Of a DNA stretch of 64,000 nucleotides, positions 1 to 9,780 are shown piece by piece. This stretch comes from a bacterium. GTDB lineage: Bacteria > Bacillota_I > Bacilli_A > RF39 > UBA660. The translations under genes were made by a program, and so were the position numbers. The notes beneath the pieces were generated by a model. That model was not told where the DNA came from, ran no database searches, and saw only the letters and a program-made list of their open reading frames with translations. Position 1 is the first letter of the stretch. Each line of letters opens with the position of its first letter. The stretch is taken from positions 2,202 through 66,201 of the forward strand of contig JAUNFS010000002.1 of assembly GCA_030524925.1 (NCBI GenBank), written 5' to 3'.

Positions 1-36
1 ATTAGGGGTTAATTACAAGAAAGGATTTATGATATT

Positions 37-558
37 ATGACGATTAATTATTCTGATCAAAAAGTTATAAAAAATAAGAAATCTATTTTTTTAGCTGGCC
101 CAACTCCAAGAAACGAAAATGTAAAGTCGTGGAGGATTGCTGCATGTCAAAAACTAAATGAATTAGGGTTTGATGGAGTTGTTTATGTTCCAGAGTATTC
201 GTCTTGGAAAACAAAAGCTGATTATAATGATCAAGTAATGTGGGAAAGAGATGCCTTAACAAATGCGACGGTTATTATGTTTTGGGTTCCTAGGGATTTA
301 TCTGATATGCCGGCTTTTACTACTAATGTGGAATTTGGATATTGGCTGCATTCTAGTAAAATAATATATGATAGACCGGATGATGCTAAAAAAATAAAAT
401 ATTTAGATTGGTTATATAAGGAAGATTATAATAAATTGCCAATAAACAATTTAGATGAACTTTTAAAAGAGGCGATAACACTAGCAAATAATTTATATGA
501 TGGCACAAATAACGAATTGTTGCCACTAAGTGAAAGAAAAATTTTAAAAAGTAAGTAA
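37..558 (+). CDS. nucleoside 2-deoxyribosyltransferase-like protein (tentative)
   Basis: 173-aa ORF. Motifs IFLAGP and TNVEFGYW resemble the Rossmann-like core and catalytic Glu region of the nucleoside deoxyribosyltransferase family. From memory only. Confidence 0.4.
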   Translation: MTINYSDQKVIKNKKSIFLAGPTPRNENVKSWRIAACQKLNELGFDGVVYVPEYSSWKTKADYNDQVMWERDALTNATVIMFWVPRDLSDMPAFTTNVEFGYWLHSSKIIYDRPDDAKKIKYLDWLYKEDYNKLPINNLDELLKEAITLANNLYDGTNNELLPLSERKILKSK

Positions 559-576
559 TATAGGAATTGATGATTT

Positions 577-1410
577 ATGATAATAAATGAAATAAAAACA
601 AATGATTATTTAACAAAGTCTAATTTACCAGCCAGTGATTATGTTATAAATCCGTATGTTGGCTGTTCCCATGGATGTAAGTATTGCTATGCATCATTTA
701 TGAAAAGATTTACGGGACATCAAGAGACTTGGGGAGACTTTATAGATATAAAAAGATGTGATAAAAAAATTAATTTGAAAAAAATATCTGGTAAAAGTGT
801 TTTTTTATCATCCGTTACTGATTGTTATAATGAATATGAAGAAAAATATGCTATAACAAGATCCATTTTAGAGCAGTTAGTAAAGTCTGATTGTAAATTA
901 TCTATTTCTACTAAGTCAAAATTAATATTAAGAGATATTGATTTATTGAAGAAAATAAAAGATGTAACAGTGTGTATGTCAGTTAATACTTTAGATGAGT
1001 CGTTTAAAGATGATATGGACAAGGCTAGTTCTATAAAAGATAGACTTGATGCATTAAAAAAATTACATGAAAATGGAATATATACAGTATTATTTATGTC
1101 ACCTATTTTTCCCTATATTACAAATTGGAAAGAAATAATAGAGATTTCAAGAGATTTTGTTGATGAGTTTTGGTTTGAAAATCTAAATTTAAGAGGTAGT
1201 TATAAGTATAGTATTTTAAATTACATTAAGGAAAAGTATAGTGATTTATTTTGTAAATATATTGATATATATGAGAATAAAAATGGTGATTATTGGAATG
1301 ATCTTTCTAAAAAAATAGAAGAGTATTGCGTGAATAATAATATAAAATATACTAATTTCTTTTATCATAAAGAGTTGGTAGATAAGAAGAAAGGAATAAA
1401 AAATGATTAA
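577..1410 (+). CDS. radical SAM protein (SplB / COG1533-like DNA-repair photolyase family)
   Basis: 277 aa. N-terminal INPYVGCSHGCKYCYA contains a CxxxCxxC radical-SAM cluster motif typical of spore-photoproduct-lyase-like proteins. Confidence 0.6.
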   Translation: MIINEIKTNDYLTKSNLPASDYVINPYVGCSHGCKYCYASFMKRFTGHQETWGDFIDIKRCDKKINLKKISGKSVFLSSVTDCYNEYEEKYAITRSILEQLVKSDCKLSISTKSKLILRDIDLLKKIKDVTVCMSVNTLDESFKDDMDKASSIKDRLDALKKLHENGIYTVLFMSPIFPYITNWKEIIEISRDFVDEFWFENLNLRGSYKYSILNYIKEKYSDLFCKYIDIYENKNGDYWNDLSKKIEEYCVNNNIKYTNFFYHKELVDKKKGIKND

Positions 1411-1747
1411 TATAGAAGATTTTTTGATAGAAGCTAAAAAACAAACTTATGCAAATGAAAATGTAGAAAAAGTATTAAGTGCCAGAAAAAATTCTAAGGA
1501 TTATGAATATAAAAGGGATAATATGGTGTATCATGATACATATTTTGGTGGTACTAATTTTATTGGCGAAGAAGTTGTTTATGTGGATGATAAAACATAT
1601 TGGGCTATGAATTATTATGGTGTAACTTTAGATGAGACATTAGGAGAAGAAGCTATGGATAATGCGTTACGTCCTGCTCTTATGAATGTTGGTGTAGATA
1701 AAGATATAATTCCTGTAAGAGGCCCTAAAGAGATGATAAATGGTTAG
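1403..1747 (+). CDS. conserved hypothetical protein; reading frame continues in-frame past a TAG stop to 1864
   Basis: 114-aa ORF ends at TAG 1745-1747. The same frame stays open for 38 more codons (YKYSFEVVGDINCFSGIEIIYKNDKKIYELKCHGGLVK) to TAG 1862-1864, with no start codon of its own. Confidence 0.4.
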   Translation: MINIEDFLIEAKKQTYANENVEKVLSARKNSKDYEYKRDNMVYHDTYFGGTNFIGEEVVYVDDKTYWAMNYYGVTLDETLGEEAMDNALRPALMNVGVDKDIIPVRGPKEMING

Positions 1748-1865
1748 TATAAGTATTCTTTTGAAGTAGTTGGTGACATTAACTGTTTTAGTGGAATTGA
1801 AATTATATATAAAAATGATAAGAAAATATATGAATTAAAATGCCATGGAGGGTTAGTTAAATAGC

Positions 1866-2648
1866 ATGGCTGAAAAAACTGACAAGGGGGCAGAGATGAA
1901 GATAATTGGAGATAAATCTACTAACAATATTTTTGAAAATATTAAACATATAGATGAATATGGAAACGAATATTGGTATGCTAGGGAATTGCAAAAAGTA
2001 TTGGAATACAAAGATTGGAGAAACTTTCAAAAAGTAATAGATAAAGCAAATTTATCAGCAAATAATAGTAATTCAACTGAAGAAGATTGGGTTGTTGAAA
2101 TCAACAAGCCAATAAAAACTGGTAAAGGCAAAGAAGAGTTTATAAAAGACTATAAATTATCTAGATATATATGTTATTTAATAGTGCAAAATGCAGATCC
2201 AAGTAAAGAAGTTGTGGCTCTTGGACAAACTTATTTTGCTATCCAAACAAGAAAACAAGAAATAACTGAGCAAGAATATACTTCTTTATCAGATGATGAA
2301 AAAAGGTTTTATCAAAGAAGACTAACAAAGCAAGGCAATTATACGTTACAAAAAGTTGCGTCTTCTGCTGGTGTTAAAAATATGGCTGAATTTCATAACG
2401 CGGGATATAAAGGTTTATATAATGGAGAAACCGCTGATGATATTTTTAAAAGAAAAAAATTAAGATATAGAGAAGATATTTTAGATAACATGAATGAAGA
2501 TGAGTTGGTCGCAAATTTGTTTAGAATAAATCAGACTAAACAAAGACTTATAAAAGATAATGTACAAGGAGAGAAAGAAGCAAATGCTGTACATTATGAA
2601 GTTGGTCAAAAAGTTAGAAAAGCGATCGCAGATATTGGTGGAAGATAA
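1866..2648 (+). CDS. dinD: DNA-damage-inducible protein D (Bro-N/KilA-N domain)
   Basis: Region EYGNEYWYARELQKVLEYKDWRNFQKVIDKA matches the conserved DinD N-terminus (…FWSARELAPLLGYRDWRNF…). Confidence 0.6.
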   Translation: MAEKTDKGAEMKIIGDKSTNNIFENIKHIDEYGNEYWYARELQKVLEYKDWRNFQKVIDKANLSANNSNSTEEDWVVEINKPIKTGKGKEEFIKDYKLSRYICYLIVQNADPSKEVVALGQTYFAIQTRKQEITEQEYTSLSDDEKRFYQRRLTKQGNYTLQKVASSAGVKNMAEFHNAGYKGLYNGETADDIFKRKKLRYREDILDNMNEDELVANLFRINQTKQRLIKDNVQGEKEANAVHYEVGQKVRKAIADIGGR

Positions 2649-2883
2649 TAAACTAATTATATATAAAAATAGTAATGGTGCTGAAGATAAAGCGTTAGAT
2701 AAAAAGTCAGTTACCGAGAAATGCTCGTTAACTGCCGATGATGGGGGAAATTACTCATAAACCTTTGTAAATAAAGAATTTTTTATTTATTTCTTTTTGC
2801 ATTTTATGGTTAAAAATAATTTGAATTATTAAAAACTTTGGGTAATTCCGATTGATGGAAAACTAAGATTTTAGATATAGGAG

Positions 2884-3909
2884 ATGATGAAAATGACAAA
2901 AGATTTAATTATCAGAAGTAGTAGTGCGGAATTCTTAATATTTGAAAGGCAAACACACGATAAAGGAATTCAAGTTAGATTTGAAGATGGTGATTTGTGG
3001 TTAACACAGAAAGCTATTGGAGAACTTTTTAATACAACTAGAAATAATATTACTATGCATATTAATGATATATATGATAGTTATGAATTAGAACAAAATT
3101 CAACTAGTAAGAAATTCTTACTAGTTCAAAATGAAGGTAATAGAGAAGTAAAGAGAAATGTACAATACTATAATTTAGATATGGTTATTTCTATTGGTTA
3201 TAAAGTAAATTCAGACAGAGCTATACAATTTAGAAGGTGGGCAACTTATATATTAAAAGAGTTTTCAAAAAAAGGGTATATAATTGATAAAAAGAGGATG
3301 GCAAATGGAGCGTTCTTTGACGAAGACTATTATGAGTCCTTGCTTGCAGAAATAAGAGAAATAAGATTATCAGAAAGGCGATTTTATCAGAAAGTTACTG
3401 ATATTTACGCAACAAGTGTAGATTATGATAAAAAGTCTCCTACAACAATTAAATTTTTTAAAAAGGTGCAGAATAAAATGCATTTTGCAATTTCTCATCA
3501 AACTGCAGCAGAAATAATATATAACAGATCTGACTCAGAAAAGGAATATATGGGTCTAACATCTTGGAAAAACTCTCCTAATGGGAAAATTTTAGAAACA
3601 GATGTAATAATAGCCAAAAACTATTTATCTAAAGAAGAGTTAGAAAGTTTAGAACTGATAGTATCCGCCTTTTTGGATTTAGCAGAAAATAGAGCAAAAA
3701 GACACATTCCAATGACAATGGAAGACTGGGCAATAAGAATTGATAAATTTTTACTTGCAGATGATTTAGATGTGTTAAAAGATGCTGGAAAAATATCACA
3801 TGAAATAGCTTGCGATAAGGCATTAACAGAATTTGAAAAATATAGAATTAAACAAGATAAATTATACAAATCAGATTTTGATTTATTGATAGAAGAAACA
3901 AGCAAATAA
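2884..3909 (+). CDS. RhuM family virulence protein
   Basis: 341 aa. N-terminal IIRSSSAEFLIFERQTHDKGIQVRFEDGDLWLTQKAIGELF is typical of RhuM / Fic-associated family proteins. Confidence 0.65.
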   Translation: MMKMTKDLIIRSSSAEFLIFERQTHDKGIQVRFEDGDLWLTQKAIGELFNTTRNNITMHINDIYDSYELEQNSTSKKFLLVQNEGNREVKRNVQYYNLDMVISIGYKVNSDRAIQFRRWATYILKEFSKKGYIIDKKRMANGAFFDEDYYESLLAEIREIRLSERRFYQKVTDIYATSVDYDKKSPTTIKFFKKVQNKMHFAISHQTAAEIIYNRSDSEKEYMGLTSWKNSPNGKILETDVIIAKNYLSKEELESLELIVSAFLDLAENRAKRHIPMTMEDWAIRIDKFLLADDLDVLKDAGKISHEIACDKALTEFEKYRIKQDKLYKSDFDLLIEETSK

Positions 3910-4070
3910 TAAAATGAAAGGGAGATTAGAAGTATGCTCAATTTAGAAAAAGTAAAAGAAGAATTAAAAAGCTAGAGATTTAATTATAAAAATAATATTC
4001 TACCAGGGCATAGTATTAATAAAGTAAAATGTATTTATATTGATAAATATAAAAATATTAAAATAGATTT

Positions 4071-4340
4071 TAAATAAACAAATAATAGAAAGAAGTGATT
4101 AAAATGGATATGTATCAAAAAAGAAAAATTAGAACAGAAAAGAAAAATGATGATAGCTCAAAAAGTTTTCCATCAGTTGGAATTAACTGGTAAGTGGGAA
4201 ATTATGAAAAAACACTATTAAACCCTTGAAAATAAAAGAAAAAATAAAATCTCTTTTTACATTTTAAACATATTTTTCCTTGAAAAGTGTTAAAAAAAAA
4301 TAAATGTGCAGGAGTTATGAAAAACAATGGAAAGGATGTG
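4071..4340 (+). repeat. copy 1 of a ~270-bp duplicated upstream module (second copy 6307-6575), containing a 29-codon ORF MDMYQKRKIRTEKKNDDSSKSFPSVGINW
   Basis: Direct comparison of the two segments shows ~90% nucleotide identity, including the small ORF with its RBS and a following MKKHY mini-ORF. Confidence 0.7.
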
Positions 4341-4344
4341 AATT

Positions 4345-4743
4345 ATGCTAGATAAAAACTTTAAAGATATTATTAGTAATATTAAAGAAGAAATTATAAA
4401 TACGCAAATTAAAACTATGCAAGAAGTCAATAGTAATTTAATTATGTTGTATTTTAAATTAGGGAAAATTGTTTCAGAAAACAAACAATATGGAAATAAT
4501 TTTACGAAGCAAGTATCAACAGAACTTAAATTAACTTTTCCTAATATGAAAGGCTTTTCTGAAAGAAATATAAGGTCAATGAGATTATTTTATGAAGAAT
4601 ATGTTGATGATAAAAAATGGCAACAACTTGTTGCCAAATTACCTTGGGGACATAATTTATTACTAATTGAAAAAATTAAAGATAAGGATATTAGAAAAAT
4701 ATATGCCGAAAATGCCATGTATAAAGCGTTAGGTATTGAGTAG
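4345..4743 (+). pseudogene. truncated N-terminal fragment of a YhcG-like (DUF1016) PDDEXK nuclease
   Basis: The 132-aa ORF aligns at ~55% identity to the first 135 residues of the full-length 339-aa paralog at 6582-7601, then terminates. Confidence 0.6.
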
Positions 4744-4755
4744 GAGGTAAGAATT

Positions 4756-5888
4756 ATGGCTAGAATAAGGAAAGATGAAGCATCTGGCTGGGATATATTA
4801 TTAGTTTTATTTTTCTTTGTATTTATAGCTTATTACTTAATAAAATGGGCTATTGAACTAATATCTATAATCATAGTTGGAATTACAAAGTTAGTAACTC
4901 GGATTTCTAATAAGATTCAAAAAAGGAGTAATGAAAAAATATTACTAAAAAACCATTAGTTGATAAAGAATTAAAAATTGAAGAAAGTTTAAAAACACCA
5001 ATAGAAATTAAAAAAGAAAAATTAGATATATTTGATAAAAGTATTTATGATAGTTTATTTCCAGTTCAAATAAGAAACAGAGGAGAAGTATATTATTATG
5101 AAGATAAAATCAAATATTTTAAGGAAAATGGTAATAATTATTCTTGTATTGTAAAAGGTAATGAAAATTATAATGTTAAACTTTCTATTGATGAAAATAA
5201 TAATATAATAAGTTCAGGTTGTACTTGCCCTTATTATTTAGATAAAGAACATAATTGTAAACACTTATATGCACTTTTATATAAAGTAAAATGTAGTGAA
5301 AATAAAGACAAAATTATAAAAGAAATAAATAATCAAATAAGTGGTATAAAAACAATGGTAAAAAATACTACTGACTATATAAATAAAAATAAATCTCATT
5401 TTTCATATTCTGCTATTGATGAGTTTAATGATTATTCGCAGCAATATATTTTGCAAACAATTTATTATGAAAAAAACTGCTCTGAAAAAGTTTTAGAAGA
5501 TACATTATTACAACATTTAGATAATTTGTTAAATATTACACTTGAATTGAAACAAAAAATTAAAAAAACATTAAATGAGGAAGATAGTGCACTAGATGTA
5601 ATTAATTCTATGCCGAAGCAAAAAAAAGAAAATAAGATTGGTTTTACAGATTTAATGGCGAGCATTGCTATAGCAAATGAGATTTTTAGTAAAGAAAATG
5701 ATGAGGAAGATGAACCAAAAAAAGAAAATCGTTCTCCGTATTCAGAAGAAGAAATGGATTATTACTGTTTAGAAGAATGGCAAAAAGATTTAGTAAGAGA
5801 AGGACGATTTGCACCTTGGAGTTTTCAAAAGAAGTCAACTTCTTCAGATGAACTTAGTGATAATCAATACTATAAGGATGATGAATAA
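4756..5888 (+). CDS. membrane-anchored SWIM zinc-finger protein, interrupted by a frameshift at an A6 run (4934-4939)
   Basis: ORF 4756-4959 has a strong RBS (AGGAGG) and one TM helix. The overlapping frame is open from 4935 to 5888 but has no ATG/GTG/TTG before 5355. The SWIM motif CTCPYYLDKEHNCKH (5217-5300) lies upstream of that first ATG. Adding one A to the A6 run would fuse the two frames. Confidence 0.5.
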
Positions 5889-6306
5889 TGATAAAGGTGT
5901 ATTATTGGTTAATTTTTTAAAAGAGGTAGGAATATTTTTTTATTATAACTTTATAAAAATTATGGTTTAAAATTAAATTTGAGTGAGTAAACAGGTGAGA
6001 TATACACCTTTTTATTTTATTTTTAGTGCAGAGGATATGTTTTTTGAAAATTTGATACACATTCATTAAGTACATTCCTGTTAGAGATAGCACATTATTA
6101 AAGATACTTCTGCACAACCACAGACACAAGCAATGGGTGTAGCACGGAGAGAATATCGGTGAAACGGAAGTTTGCAATATTGATTTAGCAATTCAATAGT
6201 TTGATGAAATCTCGTAATGCGAAGATAAATATTTTGAGGCACTAGACTTTATAAAAAGACAAAACAATGATATAATATCATCTAGTTAAAGGGCGTAATT
6301 AGAAAG

Positions 6307-6575
6307 TATTTTTTTAAATTAAACTAAATAGAAAGAAGTGATTAAAATGGATATGTATCAAAAAAGAAAAATTAGAGCAGAAAAGAAAAATGATGATAGC
6401 TCAAAAAGTTTTCCATCAGTTGGAATTAACTGGTAAGTGGGGAGTTATGAAAAAACACTATTGAACCCTTGAAAATAAAGAAAAAAATAAAATTTCTTTT
6501 TACATTTTAAGCATATTTATTCTTGAAAAATATTTGAAAAATTAATGTATAGAACATAAAAAAATAGAAAGGATG
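6307..6575 (+). repeat. copy 2 of the duplicated upstream module with small ORF MDMYQKRKIRAEKKNDDSSKSFPSVGINW
   Basis: ~90% identical to 4071-4340. Confidence 0.7.
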
Positions 6576-6581
6576 TGATTT

Positions 6582-7601
6582 ATGCTGAATAAAGATTTTA
6601 AAGATATTATTAGTAATATTAAAGACGAAATCAAAACTACACAGTATAAGGTTGCAGTACAAAGTAATATAAGTTTGATTTCAATGTATTTTAGACTTGG
6701 AAAAATTTTAAATGATAATTATAAATATGGGAACAGATTTATTGATGAAGTTTCAAAAGATTTAAAAATTGAATTTCCAAATTCAACAGGATTTTCTGTG
6801 AGAAATTTAAAATACATGAAAAAATTTTATTTAGAGTATAAAGATGATGAACTTATGCAACAGCTTGTTGCACAAGTTCCATGGGGACATAATATTGTAC
6901 TTATGGAAAAAATAAAAGAGAAAGAAGAAAGAAAAGTATATATTGAAGGTATTTTAAAAAATGGCTGGGGAAGGAATATGCTTAGCATTCAAATTGACAA
7001 TGGATATCATTTAAGAATAGGCGCTTCAAACAATAATTTTGAAAATACACTTCCGGCAATTGATAGCGATCTAGTTAAGTACACAATAAAAGATCCATAT
7101 ATATTTGATTTTTTAACATTAGAAAATGATTATAAAGAAAAAGAACTGGAAGTAGCAATGTTAAATAAGATTAAAGATGTATTGATAGAACTTGGGAAAG
7201 GATTTAGTTTTGTTGGTAATCAATATAAATTGTCAGTTGGAGAACAAGAGTTTTTTATAGATTTATTATTTTATCATTTGGAATTAAGAAGATATATAGT
7301 AGTTGAACTTAAAGCTAATGGTTTTAAGCCAGAATATGCAGGACAAATAGGTTTTTATGTAACAGCGGTAGATGAGCAATTAAAAAAAGAATATGATAAT
7401 CCAACTATAGGATTATTATTATGCCAAGATAAAGATAGATTAACAGTAGATTATTCTTTGAAGTCTATTAATGTTCCAATTGGAGTATCGTCGTTTGAAA
7501 TTGAAAAATATATACCGAAAGATATTTTAGATAAATTACCAACAGAAGAAGATATTAATCTACACTTAGAAATAGAAGAGAGAGGTGAAAAAAATGAGTG
7601 A
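6582..7601 (+). CDS. PDDEXK nuclease domain protein, YhcG-like (DUF1016)
   Basis: 339 aa. N-terminal KDFKDIISNIK…LPWGHN motif and C-terminal ELKANGFKPEYAGQIGFY nuclease core are typical of the YhcG family. Confidence 0.7.
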   Translation: MLNKDFKDIISNIKDEIKTTQYKVAVQSNISLISMYFRLGKILNDNYKYGNRFIDEVSKDLKIEFPNSTGFSVRNLKYMKKFYLEYKDDELMQQLVAQVPWGHNIVLMEKIKEKEERKVYIEGILKNGWGRNMLSIQIDNGYHLRIGASNNNFENTLPAIDSDLVKYTIKDPYIFDFLTLENDYKEKELEVAMLNKIKDVLIELGKGFSFVGNQYKLSVGEQEFFIDLLFYHLELRRYIVVELKANGFKPEYAGQIGFYVTAVDEQLKKEYDNPTIGLLLCQDKDRLTVDYSLKSINVPIGVSSFEIEKYIPKDILDKLPTEEDINLHLEIEERGEKNE

Positions 7602-8466
7602 ATATAATGGTATGGGGTTTAATAAAAGCGTAATCAATTGGTATCCTGGCCACATGGTTAAAACTAAAAATGAGGTTAAGAAAATATTGCCTTTAATAGA
7701 TATTGTTTATGAACTAATAGATGCTAGAATACCGTATTCATCTAAGATTAAAGATATAGATTCTTTAATTAAGAATAAAAAAAGAATTCTTGTTATGACT
7801 AAAAAGGATTTGTGTGATGTTAAAGAGACTAATAAATGGATAAAGTATTATGAAGATATGGGATATAAAGTTCTTTTAGTTAGTTTAAATAATAATGATG
7901 ATTATAAAAGAATTATTGATGAATCTAATAGTATTATAGAAGAGATTAATCAAAATAGAAGTACTAAAGGGTTAAAGCCTAAAGAAATAAAAGCATTAGT
8001 AATGGGAATACCTAATGTTGGTAAGAGTACATTTATTAATAGATTAGCTGGAAAAAATGTAGCTGTTACTGGTAATAAGCCAGGAGTTACTAAATCACTT
8101 ACTTTCTTAAAAACTAAATATAAGATGGTGGTTCTTGATACTCCAGGAGTTTTGTGGCCTAAATTTGAGGAAGAGGATGTTGCTCTTAATTTGGCGGCAA
8201 CTGGTGCTATAAAAATAGAGGTATTACCGATTGCTGAGGTTGCGTATCATATTTTAAGTAAGCTTAATAAATACTATCCTGATAAGCTTTCTAGTAGATA
8301 TGGGCTTGATAAACTTACTGATGATACTTTAGATGATTATAATAAGATAGCTACGAAGTTAAATATAGCAAATAAAGAAGATTTTAATAGGATTAATAAT
8401 ATGATTATTAATGATGTTAGAATGGAGTATATAAAAGAAATAACATTTGATAGGATTGATTTATGA
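7594..8466 (+). CDS. rbgA: ribosome biogenesis GTPase A (YlqF/RbgA)
   Basis: N-terminal INWYPGHM. Circularly permuted GTPase motifs GIPNVGKSTFINRL and LDTPGVLWP. RBS AGAGGTGA precedes the ATG at 7594. Confidence 0.85.
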   Translation: MSEYNGMGFNKSVINWYPGHMVKTKNEVKKILPLIDIVYELIDARIPYSSKIKDIDSLIKNKKRILVMTKKDLCDVKETNKWIKYYEDMGYKVLLVSLNNNDDYKRIIDESNSIIEEINQNRSTKGLKPKEIKALVMGIPNVGKSTFINRLAGKNVAVTGNKPGVTKSLTFLKTKYKMVVLDTPGVLWPKFEEEDVALNLAATGAIKIEVLPIAEVAYHILSKLNKYYPDKLSSRYGLDKLTDDTLDDYNKIATKLNIANKEDFNRINNMIINDVRMEYIKEITFDRIDL

Positions 8467-9149
8467 AAAATGATGCTGGATTTGAAATACAAATTGATGA
8501 ATTAGAAGAAGTTTTAGAAGAAGAACTACATGTTTTAGACCATACAACTTCAGAATTTTATGTGGAATTTTTAATAAATTTTTTAATATACTTGAAACAT
8601 AATCGTACAGCGGAACTAGGAGGAAGAACGCCTGGGACTCTAAGAGGAAATTTAAGAGATTTTAAAGATTTTGCATTTTCTCATGGATTTAGTATTGAAG
8701 AGGTGTATATTATTTTAAAAAGATTTCCTAGTATACTTAATATTAGTATAGATAATTTAGAACAAAAATATAGATTAATGGCACTTGTAGAAGATGATAC
8801 AGGAACACTTAGAAAAAGAAAACTATTACTTGCACCAGAAGATTTTAAAATAGGTAACGATTTGATTTATGCAAGATATATGCTGATGACTAAACTTGGA
8901 TATCAACCAATTACATGGCGTAATTTAATTCATGATAGTCAAAATGATTTTGCTAAAAAGTTTGTAAAAAATGACCCTCGTTATAATAGACCTTATAAAA
9001 TATTTAATAATGTAAGTGAATTAAGTAGAGAAAATCTTGTGAGAATGTTTCCAATGGATTTAGATGAATTAGAGGAAATATTAAATAAAAAGGAAGAAGT
9101 AAAAGAAGATGAAAAAGAAAACAATGGAAATAAACCTTTTGGAGTATGA
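8463..9149 (+). CDS. hypothetical protein
   Basis: 228-aa ORF translationally coupled between rbgA and rnhB. No recognisable motif. Confidence 0.4.
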   Translation: MKNDAGFEIQIDELEEVLEEELHVLDHTTSEFYVEFLINFLIYLKHNRTAELGGRTPGTLRGNLRDFKDFAFSHGFSIEEVYIILKRFPSILNISIDNLEQKYRLMALVEDDTGTLRKRKLLLAPEDFKIGNDLIYARYMLMTKLGYQPITWRNLIHDSQNDFAKKFVKNDPRYNRPYKIFNNVSELSRENLVRMFPMDLDELEEILNKKEEVKEDEKENNGNKPFGV

Positions 9150-9780
9150 AAATAATTTATATGATAGTGGCATAAAATATATTGCTGGTGTAGATGAAGT
9201 TGGAAGAGGACCATTAGTTGGGCCAGTTGTTGCAGCAGCAGTTATTTTACCAAAAGGATATAAATTAGAAGGGCTTACTGATTCAAAGAAACTATCTGAG
9301 AAAAAAAGAGATGAGTTTTATAAAATTATAATGAAAGATGCAGTTGCAGTAGGCGTGGGCGTAGTTAGTGCTAAAGTAATAGATGAAGTCAATATATATG
9401 AAGCTACTAAAATAGCGATGAAAGAAGCAATAAGTAAGTTAACTGTTAAACCTGAACATGTATTAATAGATGCGATGCCCCTTAGTTTAGATGTTCCTAC
9501 TACAAGCATAATTAAGGGAGATCAAAAGAGCGAGTCAATAGCAGCAGCTAGTGTTATAGCAAAAGTTACTAGAGATAATATGATGTATGAACTTAGTAAA
9601 GATTTCCCTGAGTATGAGTTTGACAAACATAAAGGGTATCCTACTAAAAAGCATATAGAAAATGTAAAGAAGTACGGGTTACTTGATATTTATAGGTTTA
9701 CTTTTAAACCAATTAGTGTTTTAATTAATGAAGGTGGTTTTCATGAAGGACAAATTAGGCAAACAAATTTTAAAAAATAG
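9109..9780 (+). CDS. rnhB: ribonuclease HII
   Basis: IAGVDEVGRGPLVGPVVAAAVIL is the RNase HII active-site motif. The conserved rbgA-rnhB gene order is also present. Confidence 0.9.
   Translation: MKKKTMEINLLEYENNLYDSGIKYIAGVDEVGRGPLVGPVVAAAVILPKGYKLEGLTDSKKLSEKKRDEFYKIIMKDAVAVGVGVVSAKVIDEVNIYEATKIAMKEAISKLTVKPEHVLIDAMPLSLDVPTTSIIKGDQKSESIAAASVIAKVTRDNMMYELSKDFPEYEFDKHKGYPTKKHIENVKKYGLLDIYRFTFKPISVLINEGGFHEGQIRQTNFKK

Noticed and set aside
2560-2760. 66-aa ORF overlapping the 3' end of dinD
   Set aside because: It starts inside dinD in another frame and has no RBS. Probably spurious.
5917-6177. 86-aa minus-strand ORF
   Set aside because: No RBS and odd composition (Cys/His-rich, low complexity). 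It overlaps a structured intergenic region and is probably not coding.
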